Assembly: GCA_945992255.1 (NCBI GenBank)
Contig: CAMFVQ010000027.1
Span: 24,026 to 88,025 of the forward strand
Length of the DNA stretch: 64,000 bases
Source of the DNA: an uncultured Clostridia bacterium
Lineage (GTDB): Bacteria; Bacillota; Clostridia; Christensenellales; UBA3700
Reading direction: 5' to 3'
Shown piece after piece: positions 20,089 to 29,849 of the stretch. Position 1 is the stretch's first letter. Each line of letters begins with the position of its first letter. The translations under genes were made by a program, and so were the position numbers. The notes under the pieces are model-generated. The model had not been told where the DNA came from. It did not search any database and worked only from the letters and a program-made list of their open reading frames with translations.

Positions 20089-20472
20089 ATGAAAAAAATT
20101 CAAGCAAAAGATTGGGTAGATATATTGCTTTCATCGCTTTATGCTGTGCTTATTGCTATCATTGCGGTGATGATATTTGCCGCCATTCTCAATTGGGTAA
20201 ATGTGGGCGATAACATTATCAGAGGGGTGAATATAGCAATCAAGATAATCGCAATTGCCGTAGGGTGTGTGTTAGGTATAAAACGCAATCAAGGCGGAAT
20301 TGTCAAAGGTGTGTGCGTCGGAGTGATTTTTGGCATACTGTCTTGGTTGATATTTTCGCTTATTGTTGGTGATTGGGCATGGGGTATAAGTGAGCTTGTG
20401 GACTTAGTTTGCAGTGTTGGAGCAGGTGCAATCAGTGGAATTGTGGTGGTAAATGTGAAGAAAAGTAAATAA
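20089..20472 (+). CDS. small polytopic membrane protein (YrzE/TIGR04086-like)
   Basis: 127 aa with 3-4 Gly-rich TM helices. GGAGG RBS before the ATG at 20089. The ORF-track start at 19999 would include the yajC terminator. Confidence 0.7.
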   Translation: MKKIQAKDWVDILLSSLYAVLIAIIAVMIFAAILNWVNVGDNIIRGVNIAIKIIAIAVGCVLGIKRNQGGIVKGVCVGVIFGILSWLIFSLIVGDWAWGISELVDLVCSVGAGAISGIVVVNVKKSK

Positions 20473-20487
20473 GTCCGAAAAAAAGAC

Positions 20488-20516
20488 TTGCAAATATCAC
20501 GAAAATAATATAGAAT
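20488..20516 (+). promoter_or_regulatory. sigma-A-type promoter for scfA-scfB
   Basis: TTGCAA, 17 nt, TAGAAT. Confidence 0.55.
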
Positions 20517-20552
20517 ATATATAAATAAAATACACATTGTATTGGAGGACTT

Positions 20553-20726
20553 ATGAAACACATCAATTCTATCGTAGAAAATGGTATGAAAAAATCTGGA
20601 AATATCGGCTGTGGCGAATGTCAATCTAGCTGCCAATCAGCTTGCAAAACTTCTTGCACCGTGGGCAACCAATCTTGCAGAAATAGAGACGAAAAAATAA
20701 ACACACCAAAGAAACCTTTGCTATAA
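20553..20726 (+). CDS. scfA: SCIFF-type six-cysteine ranthipeptide precursor (57 aa), absent from the ORF track
   Basis: Hand translation: MKHINSIVENGMKKSGNIGCGECQSSCQSACKTSCTVGNQSCRNRDEKINTPKKPLL. GGAGG lies 4 nt upstream. Six Cys occur in the SCIFF spacing. The radical SAM/SPASM gene follows 10 nt downstream. Confidence 0.9.
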   Translation: MKHINSIVENGMKKSGNIGCGECQSSCQSACKTSCTVGNQSCRNRDEKINTPKKPLL

Positions 20727-20736
20727 TTAGGTCAAA

Positions 20737-22098
20737 ATGACACATTCTTTTAGTTTTAAGTATCACGAAAGAGTGTATTATTTTGTTTGGGACAAAGAAA
20801 GTGGCAGTCTACACAATGTAGATTATGTCGCTTTTTTAGTTGTCAAAAATCGTTTTGGCGAGCAAATGAGCGATCAAGAAAAAGCTGACTTTGCCCAACT
20901 GGATAAGACACTTGTAGATGAAATAAATGCCGAACTAGATGTTTTGGTAGCTGATGGCGTACTTGATAGTCCATGCAATATCACTCTCAAACACAAGAGT
21001 GTTGGCGAAATCAAGGCGTTGTGTTTGAATATTTGTTATGATTGCAACCTTAGATGCAGATATTGTTTTGCTGATGAAGGCACATATCATACTTCCAACA
21101 GAGAGTATATGTCACTCGAAGTTGGTTGCAAAGCCGTTGATTTTTTGATTGAGCATTCTGGCAAACGCCAACATCTGGAAATTGACTTTTTCGGTGGCGA
21201 GCCACTTATGAACCTTGATGTTGTCAAGGGCATTGTTGAGTATGCTAGAGGCAGAGAAAAAGATAGTGGAAAGATTTTTTCTTTCACTATGACTACCAAC
21301 TGTATTTTGCTTAGTGATGACACGATTAATTGGCTAAACAAAGAAATGAGCAATGTTGTGCTCAGTATTGACGGCAGAGAGTGCGTACACAACGAAGTGC
21401 GTAAAACTCCTAACGGAAAAGGTTGTTGGGATATTATTATCCGCAATGCTCAAAAGTTCCGCAAGGTGCGTGGCGATGGTCAATACTATGTTCGTGGCAC
21501 ATTTACTGCCAAGAATTTGGACTTTTCAGAGGATATTTTAGCTTTGAACGATGCCGGTTTTGACCAAATCTCAATCGAGCCTGTTGTGACTGATATTCCT
21601 GACCTTGCAATCAAACAAGAGCATTTGCCAAAGGTTTTGGCTGAGTACGAAAAGCTTGCCGAAGAATATATCGACAGACGCAAAACAGGCAAATGGTTCA
21701 ATTTCTTCCATTTTATGATTGATCTAGAAGGTGGACCTTGTGTAATCAAGAGATTAACAGGTTGCGGTTCGGGTTGTGAGTACCTTGCGGTATCTCCAAA
21801 GGGCGAGATTTTCCCTTGTCACCAATTCGCTGAAGTCGATGGTTACAAAATGGGCAATGTGTTCGACGGCGACATTGATATGGATATATCTCACAAGTTC
21901 GCTGAGAATATTGTTACCAACAAGCCTGATTGCCAAAATTGTATTGCCAAATACTATTGCAGCGGTGGCTGTGTAGCCAACAATCTCAACTTTGCAGGCA
22001 ATATGCAAACACCTTACAGCATCAGTTGCGAGATGATGAGAAAGAGATTCGAGCTATCACTTGCGATTGCAAGCATTGAGGGCGCAGAACAAGAATAA
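20737..22098 (+). CDS. scfB: radical SAM/SPASM peptide maturase (ScfB-like thioether synthase)
   Basis: 453 aa. CX3CX2C motif (CNLRCRYC). C-terminal SPASM Cys clusters (CGSGCEYLAVSPKGEIFPC; CQNCIAKYYCSGGC). Confidence 0.9.
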   Translation: MTHSFSFKYHERVYYFVWDKESGSLHNVDYVAFLVVKNRFGEQMSDQEKADFAQLDKTLVDEINAELDVLVADGVLDSPCNITLKHKSVGEIKALCLNICYDCNLRCRYCFADEGTYHTSNREYMSLEVGCKAVDFLIEHSGKRQHLEIDFFGGEPLMNLDVVKGIVEYARGREKDSGKIFSFTMTTNCILLSDDTINWLNKEMSNVVLSIDGRECVHNEVRKTPNGKGCWDIIIRNAQKFRKVRGDGQYYVRGTFTAKNLDFSEDILALNDAGFDQISIEPVVTDIPDLAIKQEHLPKVLAEYEKLAEEYIDRRKTGKWFNFFHFMIDLEGGPCVIKRLTGCGSGCEYLAVSPKGEIFPCHQFAEVDGYKMGNVFDGDIDMDISHKFAENIVTNKPDCQNCIAKYYCSGGCVANNLNFAGNMQTPYSISCEMMRKRFELSLAIASIEGAEQE

Positions 22099-22102
22099 TT
22101 GA

Positions 22103-22122
22103 GAGCCGAAAGGCTCTTTTTT
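22103..22122 (+). terminator. intrinsic terminator after scfB
   Basis: GAGCC-gaaa-GGCTC followed by T6. Confidence 0.7.
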
Positions 22123-22281
22123 ATTGTGACAATCGAGTTTTGATTTGCAAAATAAATTAAAATAATCGGCAAGTAATTTTGCGGATTTTTAGTTTTTTTG
22201 AAATTTATTTGTGACTTTGGAGCAAAATTGAAAAATAGGGCAAATTATTTGACTACTTTGCTCACAATTTTCAAAAAAATA

Positions 22282-22310
22282 TTGACAATATTATTATATA
22301 AATATATAAT
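22282..22310 (+). promoter_or_regulatory. sigma-A promoter for secDF
   Basis: Perfect TTGACA, 17 nt, TATAAT. Confidence 0.7.
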
Positions 22311-22380
22311 AGTAAAGACTAGATTATTATGTCCTTATGGACAGATTATAGAGTTGACAAAATTTAGGAGGCAACACAAG

Positions 22381-23781
22381 GTGAACAAGAAAAAATCAAT
22401 AGTGATTTTGTCTATATTTACTATTTTGGTAATTCTTGGCGGAGTATTTTCTTTTGTATCACTTGACAATGGCGAATTGGGTGTTCATGACTACATTGCG
22501 TTCCCTAAGACAATCAAGTTTGGTCTTGATCTTAGTGGTGGTGCGTATGCAGTTTATATGGTTGACCCAGATGCTGTCATTGACCAAACTGCAGAAGGTG
22601 TAGACCGCACATGGAAAGACTTGAGTGCAAATGAAAAAGAACGTTTGCTAGAAGGTACACGTTCTAGTTTGGAAAATCTTTTGTTCGACAAGGGATATTC
22701 TGAGGCGCAAGTTACAACATACGATGATCGTATAAGAGTAGAGGTTCCTGATATCGATGATCCAAAACGTATCTTTGACCTTATTGGTCGTCCAGCAAGC
22801 TTAGAATTCAAGAAATATACTGGCGAATACAAACAAGGCGCAGGCGTTTCGTTCGATGATCCAATCACTGGTAATGATATTGCAGAAACTGGCGTTACAA
22901 AGAACAGCCAAACAGGTAGCTATGAAGTTGCATTGAGATTTACCGCAAAGGGTGCAAAGAAATTTGCTAGTGCGACAGAAGAAGCTTCAAAGTCTAGTGC
23001 AAAGCGTATCGGTATCTATATCAACAAAGAAGAGGTTATTGCTCCAACAGTATCTAGTACTATCTCTGGTGGTAATGCTTCTATCTCAGGCAACTATACT
23101 TATGATCAAGCTTATGCGCTCGCTGTCAAAATTCAAGCAGGTTCTTTCCCACTTACTTTGACACTTGATGAGTCCAACACAATCACCGCAACTTTGGGTG
23201 AAAATGCTATCAAAGCAGGTGTAATCGGTGGTCTTATTGGTCTTGCTCTTATCATAATTTATATGTGCATCTTCTATCGTATGATGGGTGTTGCTGCAAG
23301 TATGTCTTTGATTTACTATGCTTTGACTTATGTATTCTTCCTCGCAATCTTGCCTTGGGTACAACTTACCTTGGCAGGTATCGCAGGTGTATTGCTCTCA
23401 ATAGGTATGGCTGTCGATGCCAACGTAATTATTTTCGAGAGAATTAAGGAAGAGCATGCAAGCGGTAAGATGATGAAGACAGCAGTTGCCAACGGATTTA
23501 AGAGATCTTATGGTGCAATCATCGACGGAAACGTTACAACTATCATCGGTGCAATTGTACTTATTATTGTAGGTGCATCTTCAATCAAGGGTTTTGGTAT
23601 CACACTTTTGGTAGGTATCTTGCTATCATTGTTGTCATCATTGTTCCTTACAAGATTGTTGCTCAGCTCAATTATGGTATTCTTCAAAGAAGAACAACAT
23701 TCGGCTTTTGCACTCAAGGGTGCTGTAGCTGTGGCTGAAGGCTCTGACAATGTTGAAATAGAAGTAAAGGAGGAAAATTAA
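22381..23781 (+). CDS. secD: protein translocase subunit SecD
   Basis: GTG start 8 nt after AGGAGG. The ORF-track start at 22198 would read through the promoter. The C-terminal six-TM domain is typical of SecD. Confidence 0.92.
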   Translation: MNKKKSIVILSIFTILVILGGVFSFVSLDNGELGVHDYIAFPKTIKFGLDLSGGAYAVYMVDPDAVIDQTAEGVDRTWKDLSANEKERLLEGTRSSLENLLFDKGYSEAQVTTYDDRIRVEVPDIDDPKRIFDLIGRPASLEFKKYTGEYKQGAGVSFDDPITGNDIAETGVTKNSQTGSYEVALRFTAKGAKKFASATEEASKSSAKRIGIYINKEEVIAPTVSSTISGGNASISGNYTYDQAYALAVKIQAGSFPLTLTLDESNTITATLGENAIKAGVIGGLIGLALIIIYMCIFYRMMGVAASMSLIYYALTYVFFLAILPWVQLTLAGIAGVLLSIGMAVDANVIIFERIKEEHASGKMMKTAVANGFKRSYGAIIDGNVTTIIGAIVLIIVGASSIKGFGITLLVGILLSLLSSLFLTRLLLSSIMVFFKEEQHSAFALKGAVAVAEGSDNVEIEVKEEN

Positions 23782-23782
23782 T

Positions 23783-24895
23783 ATGAAAAAACTGTATGGC
23801 GCTCCTGTTACTCCTAAGTGGAAATTGTTGATCGTACTCCCACTTGTAATTATTTTGGCAGCAATCATTGTATTTACAGGTTTTGCAGTAAAACAAAAAG
23901 ACTTCAACAAGGGTATGAATATCGGTATCGACTTCTCAGGTGGTTCTGTTGTAACTATCGTACTTGGCGAAAAGGAATTGGGTAAATCCGAAGACTTCAA
24001 CAAGCACTTGAAGAACATCGAAGAAGTTATCAAAGATAAAGAAATCGCTGACAAGGTCGTAGCTCAAGCTAAAGAAAAAGGTGTAAATGTCAATACAGAT
24101 GCTATCGAAGGTTCTATCAGCTATTCTCAAAAGTCTGATACAGGCGAAAATATGTCTATCATTGTAAAATATGACAATGTATCAAAGACATTTGATAAAG
24201 ACAACTCACTTACAAACGCTCGTAACAAACTTATCGAAGAAAAACTAAAATCAATATACAGCGAAGATGCAGGTTATGACGGCGTAAGCGTTAACATCAG
24301 CTATATTGGTGCTACTGCTTCTGCAAAGCTCATCAAAACCGCACTTATATCTGTTTTCCTTACTTTGGCACTTATCTTGATTTATATTATCATCAGATTT
24401 GAAGTATGGAGTGGTCTTGCAGCTATCATTGCTCTTGCACACGACGTGCTTATGATGGTAAGTATGACAATCATCTTCCGTGTCCAAGTAAACAGTGCGT
24501 TTATCGCAGCTATGATTACTATCGTTGCTTACTCAATCAACAACACTATCGTTGTATTCGACAGAGTGAGAGAAGATATGAAGAATGAAAAATCTCTTGC
24601 AGCTTCTCAAAAGGTAAACAACAATGCAATCGTAGACAAAGCGGTTTGGGAAACATTGTCACGTTCTGTCAACTCAACACTTACCACTATGATTTCCATT
24701 GTATTCTTTGCAATACTTGGTGCATCTAGTGTAAGAGAATTTGCACTCCCAGTTATCTTTGGTTTGCTTGCAGGTTTCTATTCTTCACTTGTGCTTGCTC
24801 CATCAATCTATTGTTTGATGAAGAATGCAGCAGACAAGGCAAAGGCGAAGAAGAAAAATGCATCTACAAAAACCAAAAAATATGCTGGTATGTAA
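23783..24895 (+). CDS. secF: protein translocase subunit SecF
   Basis: 370 aa, directly follows secD. SecF TM core present (VAYSINNTIVVFDRVRE). Confidence 0.93.
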   Translation: MKKLYGAPVTPKWKLLIVLPLVIILAAIIVFTGFAVKQKDFNKGMNIGIDFSGGSVVTIVLGEKELGKSEDFNKHLKNIEEVIKDKEIADKVVAQAKEKGVNVNTDAIEGSISYSQKSDTGENMSIIVKYDNVSKTFDKDNSLTNARNKLIEEKLKSIYSEDAGYDGVSVNISYIGATASAKLIKTALISVFLTLALILIYIIIRFEVWSGLAAIIALAHDVLMMVSMTIIFRVQVNSAFIAAMITIVAYSINNTIVVFDRVREDMKNEKSLAASQKVNNNAIVDKAVWETLSRSVNSTLTTMISIVFFAILGASSVREFALPVIFGLLAGFYSSLVLAPSIYCLMKNAADKAKAKKKNASTKTKKYAGM

Positions 24896-24910
24896 CAAAT
24901 AACAAATCAA

Positions 24911-24936
24911 GGGTTGCAAACTTGCAACCCTTTTTT
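24911..24936 (+). terminator. intrinsic terminator after secF
   Basis: GGGTTGCAA/TTGCAACCC hairpin followed by T6. Confidence 0.85.
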
Positions 24937-24947
24937 ATAGGTGAAGT

Positions 24948-27233
24948 ATGTCCGACAATCAACAAGTAATCAATCAAATAGCAGTAGAATTCAAGCTTAA
25001 TCCGCTCATATCTACTATTTTGGTGAATAGGGGTATTGATAGCGTGGACAAGGCTTCATCTTTTTTGTATCCAAAAATCGCTGACTTGACACCACTAGAC
25101 AATTATGTAGGACTTGGCGGTGTAGCTGAGCGTATTGAACAAGCTATCCAAAATCAAGAAGTAGTTGTGCTTTATGGCGACTATGATTGTGATGGAATAT
25201 GCGGTGTGAGCATTCTGTATCTCTATCTCCAATCTCGTGGGGTTGATGTACATTATTTTTTACCAAACAGACATTCGCATGGCTATGGACTGAGTGTCAA
25301 AGCCTTGGAACAAATTGCAGAAGAATACTATCCTGACTTGCTTATCACGGTGGATTGTGGCATCACCAATCACGATGAAATCGAGTATGCACAAGAAGTG
25401 CTTGGCTTTGATGTGGTGGTGACTGATCACCACGAGCCGATTGCTGAGCTTCCTGATTGCTTGATTTTCAACCCAAAACTTACTCCAAATGGAGCTTTTC
25501 GCAATCTTTGCGGTGCAGGTGCTGCACTTAGATTGGTGGAAAAGCTGGCAGGGCTTGAAGAGAGCAAAAAGTACTATGATATTGCTTGCTTGGCGACCAT
25601 TGCCGACATTGTTCCACTGGTGGAAGATAACAGAATTATTGCTTATTTTGGACTAAAACTCATCAATATGGGATGCAGGCGTGGACTGAAAATGTTGGTA
25701 AACAAATGCGTTAAGGGTGATGTGAAATCATCGGATATTGGTTTTAGGATTGCTCCTCGTATCAATTCTGTGGGCAGAATTGGCGATGCCAACAAAGTCG
25801 TGCAGTTGTTCGTAAGCGATGATATGTTCGTGTTGCAAAACTTGGTTGAAGAGATAGAACAATCCAACGAAACTCGCCAAAATATGACTCAAGACTTGGT
25901 GGAAGCTTGCATGGAAGATATGCGTAAGTGGGATTTTGAGAATTATCCTATCATCGTGCTGCACAACAAATATTGGGACGATGGCGTGTTGGGTATTGCT
26001 GCTGCAAAACTTGTCACAGAGTTCAACAGACCTGTTATTTTGCTTACAAAGAGCAACAATGAACACGAATATAAAGGCTCGGGTCGTAGTGTAGACGGAG
26101 TCAATATCCTCGAATGTGTGTCAAGTGTGAGTGGACTTCTCAATAGATTTGGCGGTCATACTATGGCTTGTGGACTCAGTCTTGATGAGGACCATCTCGA
26201 AGATTTTGTACAAAAAATCAACGCAAATGCCAAAAACTTTGTAAAATCAGAAAGTTTGCTTCCACATTCTTCAAGCATGTTGGAGCTAGATGATTTTGAC
26301 ATAGATTTTGCTTATCAGCTCGAATTTTTGGAGCCTTATGGTGAAGGCAATCGAGAAATAATTTTCAACAAGACCTTAAAAAGTGCCAATTTCGAGCAAA
26401 TAGGCTCGACTGAACACTTGAAGTTTAGGGATAAAAAAGCCGATTATTTGGCATATTTTTCGCTAGATAAATGGGGACTTTTGGACTCTTCTACACCAAA
26501 AAATATAGAATTTTCGATTGGTATCAATACTTTCCGCAACGATCAAACATTGCAAGCAACTATTCAAAGCATATCTAGCGGAGTTGTGGACAAGCCAATG
26601 GGAGTCGAAAACTATCTAAAAGTCAATTTTGGCAATCATAAAGCAGTGGTTGGGCAAGATATAAGTATGTCTGATGCCGTTCGTTTGGCAGAAAATAGCA
26701 AATTTGGTGTATGTTACTTGTGTTATAACCTAGATACATACAAGAGTTTGGATAAGAGCTTTTTGGACAAAATCATCATCAACAATACTTTTCTTGATTC
26801 GATTTGTCCGTACAACAGGCTCATTTTCAACCCTAGTTGCAACAATGATTTGACATATTATGGCCAAATTGTCTTGCTAGACAAGCCGATTTTTGATGAG
26901 ATTAACAATCTTGAAGTAAGCAAAAATGCACAAGTGTATTGTGTATGCAATGATAATATGCTACAAGAATGTAAAAATGCGTTGGTAGATTATCCGACAC
27001 TTGGCAGAATTTTTGTAGCTGTCAAGAGTGCAATGGAGAAATATACATTCAATGACTTGATGTCGATTTATAAAAAACTTGGCGACATAGGCGTTGGATA
27101 TGATAGTTTTTGCGTTGGAATGAATATTTTTGTTGATTTGGGTATTGTAAAATATAACAAAGATGGTATAATAATTGATAGGGGAGTAAAAACAAAGTTG
27201 GTCACTTCAAAACTTTATCAAACTTTGTTGTAG
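24948..27233 (+). CDS. recJ: single-stranded-DNA-specific exonuclease RecJ
   Basis: 761 aa with DHH motifs (YGDYDCDG, VVTDHH) and DHHA1 region (GGHTMACG). Confidence 0.93.
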   Translation: MSDNQQVINQIAVEFKLNPLISTILVNRGIDSVDKASSFLYPKIADLTPLDNYVGLGGVAERIEQAIQNQEVVVLYGDYDCDGICGVSILYLYLQSRGVDVHYFLPNRHSHGYGLSVKALEQIAEEYYPDLLITVDCGITNHDEIEYAQEVLGFDVVVTDHHEPIAELPDCLIFNPKLTPNGAFRNLCGAGAALRLVEKLAGLEESKKYYDIACLATIADIVPLVEDNRIIAYFGLKLINMGCRRGLKMLVNKCVKGDVKSSDIGFRIAPRINSVGRIGDANKVVQLFVSDDMFVLQNLVEEIEQSNETRQNMTQDLVEACMEDMRKWDFENYPIIVLHNKYWDDGVLGIAAAKLVTEFNRPVILLTKSNNEHEYKGSGRSVDGVNILECVSSVSGLLNRFGGHTMACGLSLDEDHLEDFVQKINANAKNFVKSESLLPHSSSMLELDDFDIDFAYQLEFLEPYGEGNREIIFNKTLKSANFEQIGSTEHLKFRDKKADYLAYFSLDKWGLLDSSTPKNIEFSIGINTFRNDQTLQATIQSISSGVVDKPMGVENYLKVNFGNHKAVVGQDISMSDAVRLAENSKFGVCYLCYNLDTYKSLDKSFLDKIIINNTFLDSICPYNRLIFNPSCNNDLTYYGQIVLLDKPIFDEINNLEVSKNAQVYCVCNDNMLQECKNALVDYPTLGRIFVAVKSAMEKYTFNDLMSIYKKLGDIGVGYDSFCVGMNIFVDLGIVKYNKDGIIIDRGVKTKLVTSKLYQTLL

Positions 27234-27237
27234 AGAT

Positions 27238-29391
27238 ATGGAAGGTAGTTTTCTTAAAAAAATTCAAGACAATTACAACGAGACCAATTATAGCCGTATA
27301 GAAAAAGCTTACTACTTTGCCAAAGTAGCTCATTCGGGTCAAAAAAGACAATCTGGAGAAGACTATTTTGTGCATCCGGCGGCAGTTGCGGAGATTTTGG
27401 TGGATTTGGGGCTGGACAGCGATACAATTATCGCTGCACTTTTGCATGATGTCATAGAAGATACCGACCACAGCGCCGAAGAGATTGACCAAGAATTTGG
27501 TCATCAAGTTGTTATGCTGGTCAATGGCGTGACCAAACTCAACAAACTTAACTTCAAGAGTAAAGAAGAAGAACAAGCAGAGAACCTAAGAAGAATGTTT
27601 TTGGCTATGTCCAACGATATTCGTGTCATAATTATCAAACTTGCCGACAGATTGCACAATATGAGAACACTTTCGTACAAAACGGAAGAGAGTCAAATAA
27701 GAATCGCAACCGAAACGCTTGATATTTATGCACCGATTGCTGCAAGACTTGGTATTTCGGGTTTGAAAGGCGAGCTTGAAGACTTGTGTCTTAGATATTT
27801 GCACCCTGATGATTACTATTATATCGCTGAAAAAGTTGCTCAAAAGAAGATTGAGCGAGAGGGTGATGTCAACAATATTTCCAAAGAGCTTTATGCAATG
27901 CTTGATGAGTTGGGTATCAAAGGCGATATCAACGGCAGACCAAAGCATTTTTACAGCATATATCGAAAACTGCAAAAAGGTAAGACTTTCGAGCAAATTT
28001 ATGACCTCATTGCCTTGCGTATTATCGTAGAAGATGTGAGAGATTGCTATGCGATTTTGGGTGCTATACATACCAAATGGAAACCGCTTCCTGGCAGATT
28101 TAAGGACTATATATCCGTGCCAAAAGCCAATATGTATCAGTCTTTGCACACAACCGTTTTGACAAGTTATGGTTCTCCTTTCGAGATTCAGATTCGTACA
28201 AAAGAGATGCACAAAATTGCCGAATTTGGTATTGCAGCGCATTGGAAATATAAGCAAGGCAATGTAAATGGCGCTCCTAACACTGTCGATGACAACAAAC
28301 TTGCTTGGATAAAGAATGTTATGGAGCTGCAAAACGAAGTAAGCGACTCCAAAGAGTATCTTGACTCGCTCAAAATCGACTTATATGCCGACCAAGTGTT
28401 TGTTTTTACGCCTGCAGGTGATGTTTTCAACTTGCCTAACGGCTCGACAGGCATTGATTTTGCCTATTCTATTCACTCCCAAGTGGGTAACAAATGCGTT
28501 GGAATAAAGATAAACTCTCGTATGGTGCCTATCGATACCAAACTTACCAATGGCGATGTGGTGGAAGTGTTGACTTCCAACAACTCCAAAGGTCCATCTC
28601 GTGACTGGTTGAAGTTCGTTATCACACCAAGTGCAAAGAGTAAAATCAAGTCTTTCTTCAAGAAAGAAATGAAGGAAGAAAACATCAAAAAAGGCAAGGA
28701 ATTGTTGGAAAAAGATGCCAAACACAAAGGTTACAATTTGGCTGATTTGATGGCTGGCAACTCTTGGAAAGACGGCATTATGCAAAAGTATAGTGCTACC
28801 AATGTAGATGAAATCATTGCTTTGGTGGGTTATGGTGAGATATCAAGCAACCAACTGCTCAACAGAATGATTGAGTTCTACAAAAAAGAACACCCTGAGC
28901 TTGTGCAAGAGAGTGCAATCAAGACTAAGCAAGTCGAGTCTAGGAAAAAAGATAATGGCATCATAATCAAGGGCTACACTGGACTGAAAACAAGATTTTC
29001 GCATTGTTGTACACCGCTACCTGGCGATAAGATTGTGGGATATGTATCTCGTAGCCGTGGTGTGACAATCCACAGAGCAGATTGTCCAAACTGCAAGTAT
29101 TTCGAGCCTGAAAGACTGGTGGAAGCCGAATGGCCATCATCGGTAAATACCTATTTTGTGGCATCGCTCGATGTGTTTGCCGAAGATAGGGTGGGGCTTC
29201 TCATTGATTGTGCATCGCTTATTACAGCAATGAAGATAGCTATTACCAACATAAGCGGAAAGAAAGAGTCCAACGGAATGGCAAGCGTTTCGTTGTCAAT
29301 CGAGGTTGAGAATGTCAACTTCCTAGAAAATATTATCAACAAACTCAAACAAATCAAGGGTGTTGTTGATGTAGTGAGGTCAAAGAACTGA
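27238..29391 (+). CDS. relA: bifunctional (p)ppGpp synthetase/hydrolase Rel
   Basis: 717 aa with HD hydrolase motif (HDVIEDT), synthetase domain, TGS and ACT regions. Confidence 0.96.
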   Translation: MEGSFLKKIQDNYNETNYSRIEKAYYFAKVAHSGQKRQSGEDYFVHPAAVAEILVDLGLDSDTIIAALLHDVIEDTDHSAEEIDQEFGHQVVMLVNGVTKLNKLNFKSKEEEQAENLRRMFLAMSNDIRVIIIKLADRLHNMRTLSYKTEESQIRIATETLDIYAPIAARLGISGLKGELEDLCLRYLHPDDYYYIAEKVAQKKIEREGDVNNISKELYAMLDELGIKGDINGRPKHFYSIYRKLQKGKTFEQIYDLIALRIIVEDVRDCYAILGAIHTKWKPLPGRFKDYISVPKANMYQSLHTTVLTSYGSPFEIQIRTKEMHKIAEFGIAAHWKYKQGNVNGAPNTVDDNKLAWIKNVMELQNEVSDSKEYLDSLKIDLYADQVFVFTPAGDVFNLPNGSTGIDFAYSIHSQVGNKCVGIKINSRMVPIDTKLTNGDVVEVLTSNNSKGPSRDWLKFVITPSAKSKIKSFFKKEMKEENIKKGKELLEKDAKHKGYNLADLMAGNSWKDGIMQKYSATNVDEIIALVGYGEISSNQLLNRMIEFYKKEHPELVQESAIKTKQVESRKKDNGIIIKGYTGLKTRFSHCCTPLPGDKIVGYVSRSRGVTIHRADCPNCKYFEPERLVEAEWPSSVNTYFVASLDVFAEDRVGLLIDCASLITAMKIAITNISGKKESNGMASVSLSIEVENVNFLENIINKLKQIKGVVDVVRSKN

Positions 29392-29849
29392 TGAGAGCAG
29401 TTGTACAAAGAGTAAATCATGCAACATTGACAGTAAATGGAGAGTTTGTTTCATCAATCAAGGAAGGATACCTAGTTTTTGTTGGATATACCCAAACCGA
29501 TGATGAAAAGCTTATCAAATATATAGTGGACAGAATTGTCGGAATGAGAATTTTCCGTGATGAAAATGACAAACTCAACAAAACGCTTATGGATATTGGC
29601 GGTGAGGTTATGGTTGTGTCCAACTTTACCTTGTACGGTAATTGTTTTTCCAATCGCAGACCTGACTTCAAGAAGTCTGCTCATTATGAACAAGCTTTGC
29701 CATTGTATGAGTTGACTGTTCAAGAGTTCAAAAATCGCCTAGGCAAGGTTGCAACAGGTGTTTTTGGAGAGCATATGCACATTGATATGTCCAACGATGG
29801 ACCTGTGACTATGATTGTTGAAAAGGAAAACAAGGTTGATGAAAATTAA
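29391..29849 (+). CDS. dtd: D-aminoacyl-tRNA deacylase
   Basis: 152 aa: MRAVVQRV..., SNFTLYG, GPVT. Confidence 0.95.
   Translation: MRAVVQRVNHATLTVNGEFVSSIKEGYLVFVGYTQTDDEKLIKYIVDRIVGMRIFRDENDKLNKTLMDIGGEVMVVSNFTLYGNCFSNRRPDFKKSAHYEQALPLYELTVQEFKNRLGKVATGVFGEHMHIDMSNDGPVTMIVEKENKVDEN

Noticed and set aside
20289-20636. 115-aa minus-strand ORF from the track, covering the scfA start and the end of the small membrane protein gene
   Set aside because: It is antisense to two well-supported plus-strand genes, has no RBS or promoter, and has a low-complexity translation. It is a shadow ORF that hides the real 57-codon SCIFF gene.
20380-22198. 61-codon upstream extension of secD in the ORF track (22198-22380)
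   Set aside because: It starts at a TTG and reads through a perfect TTGACA-17-TATAAT promoter and AT-rich leader. An AGGAGG-preceded GTG at 22381 begins the signal-anchor sequence.
27586-28332. Long antisense ORFs inside genes. Examples: 27586-28332 in rel, 4932-5720 in the transporter, 33084-33815 in pnp, 51461-52141 in scpA, 1813-2496 in coaE, 16929-17393 in queA
   Set aside because: Each lies entirely within a strongly supported gene on the opposite strand. They have no RBS, and their translations are biased and low-complexity, as is typical of shadow frames in AT-rich DNA.
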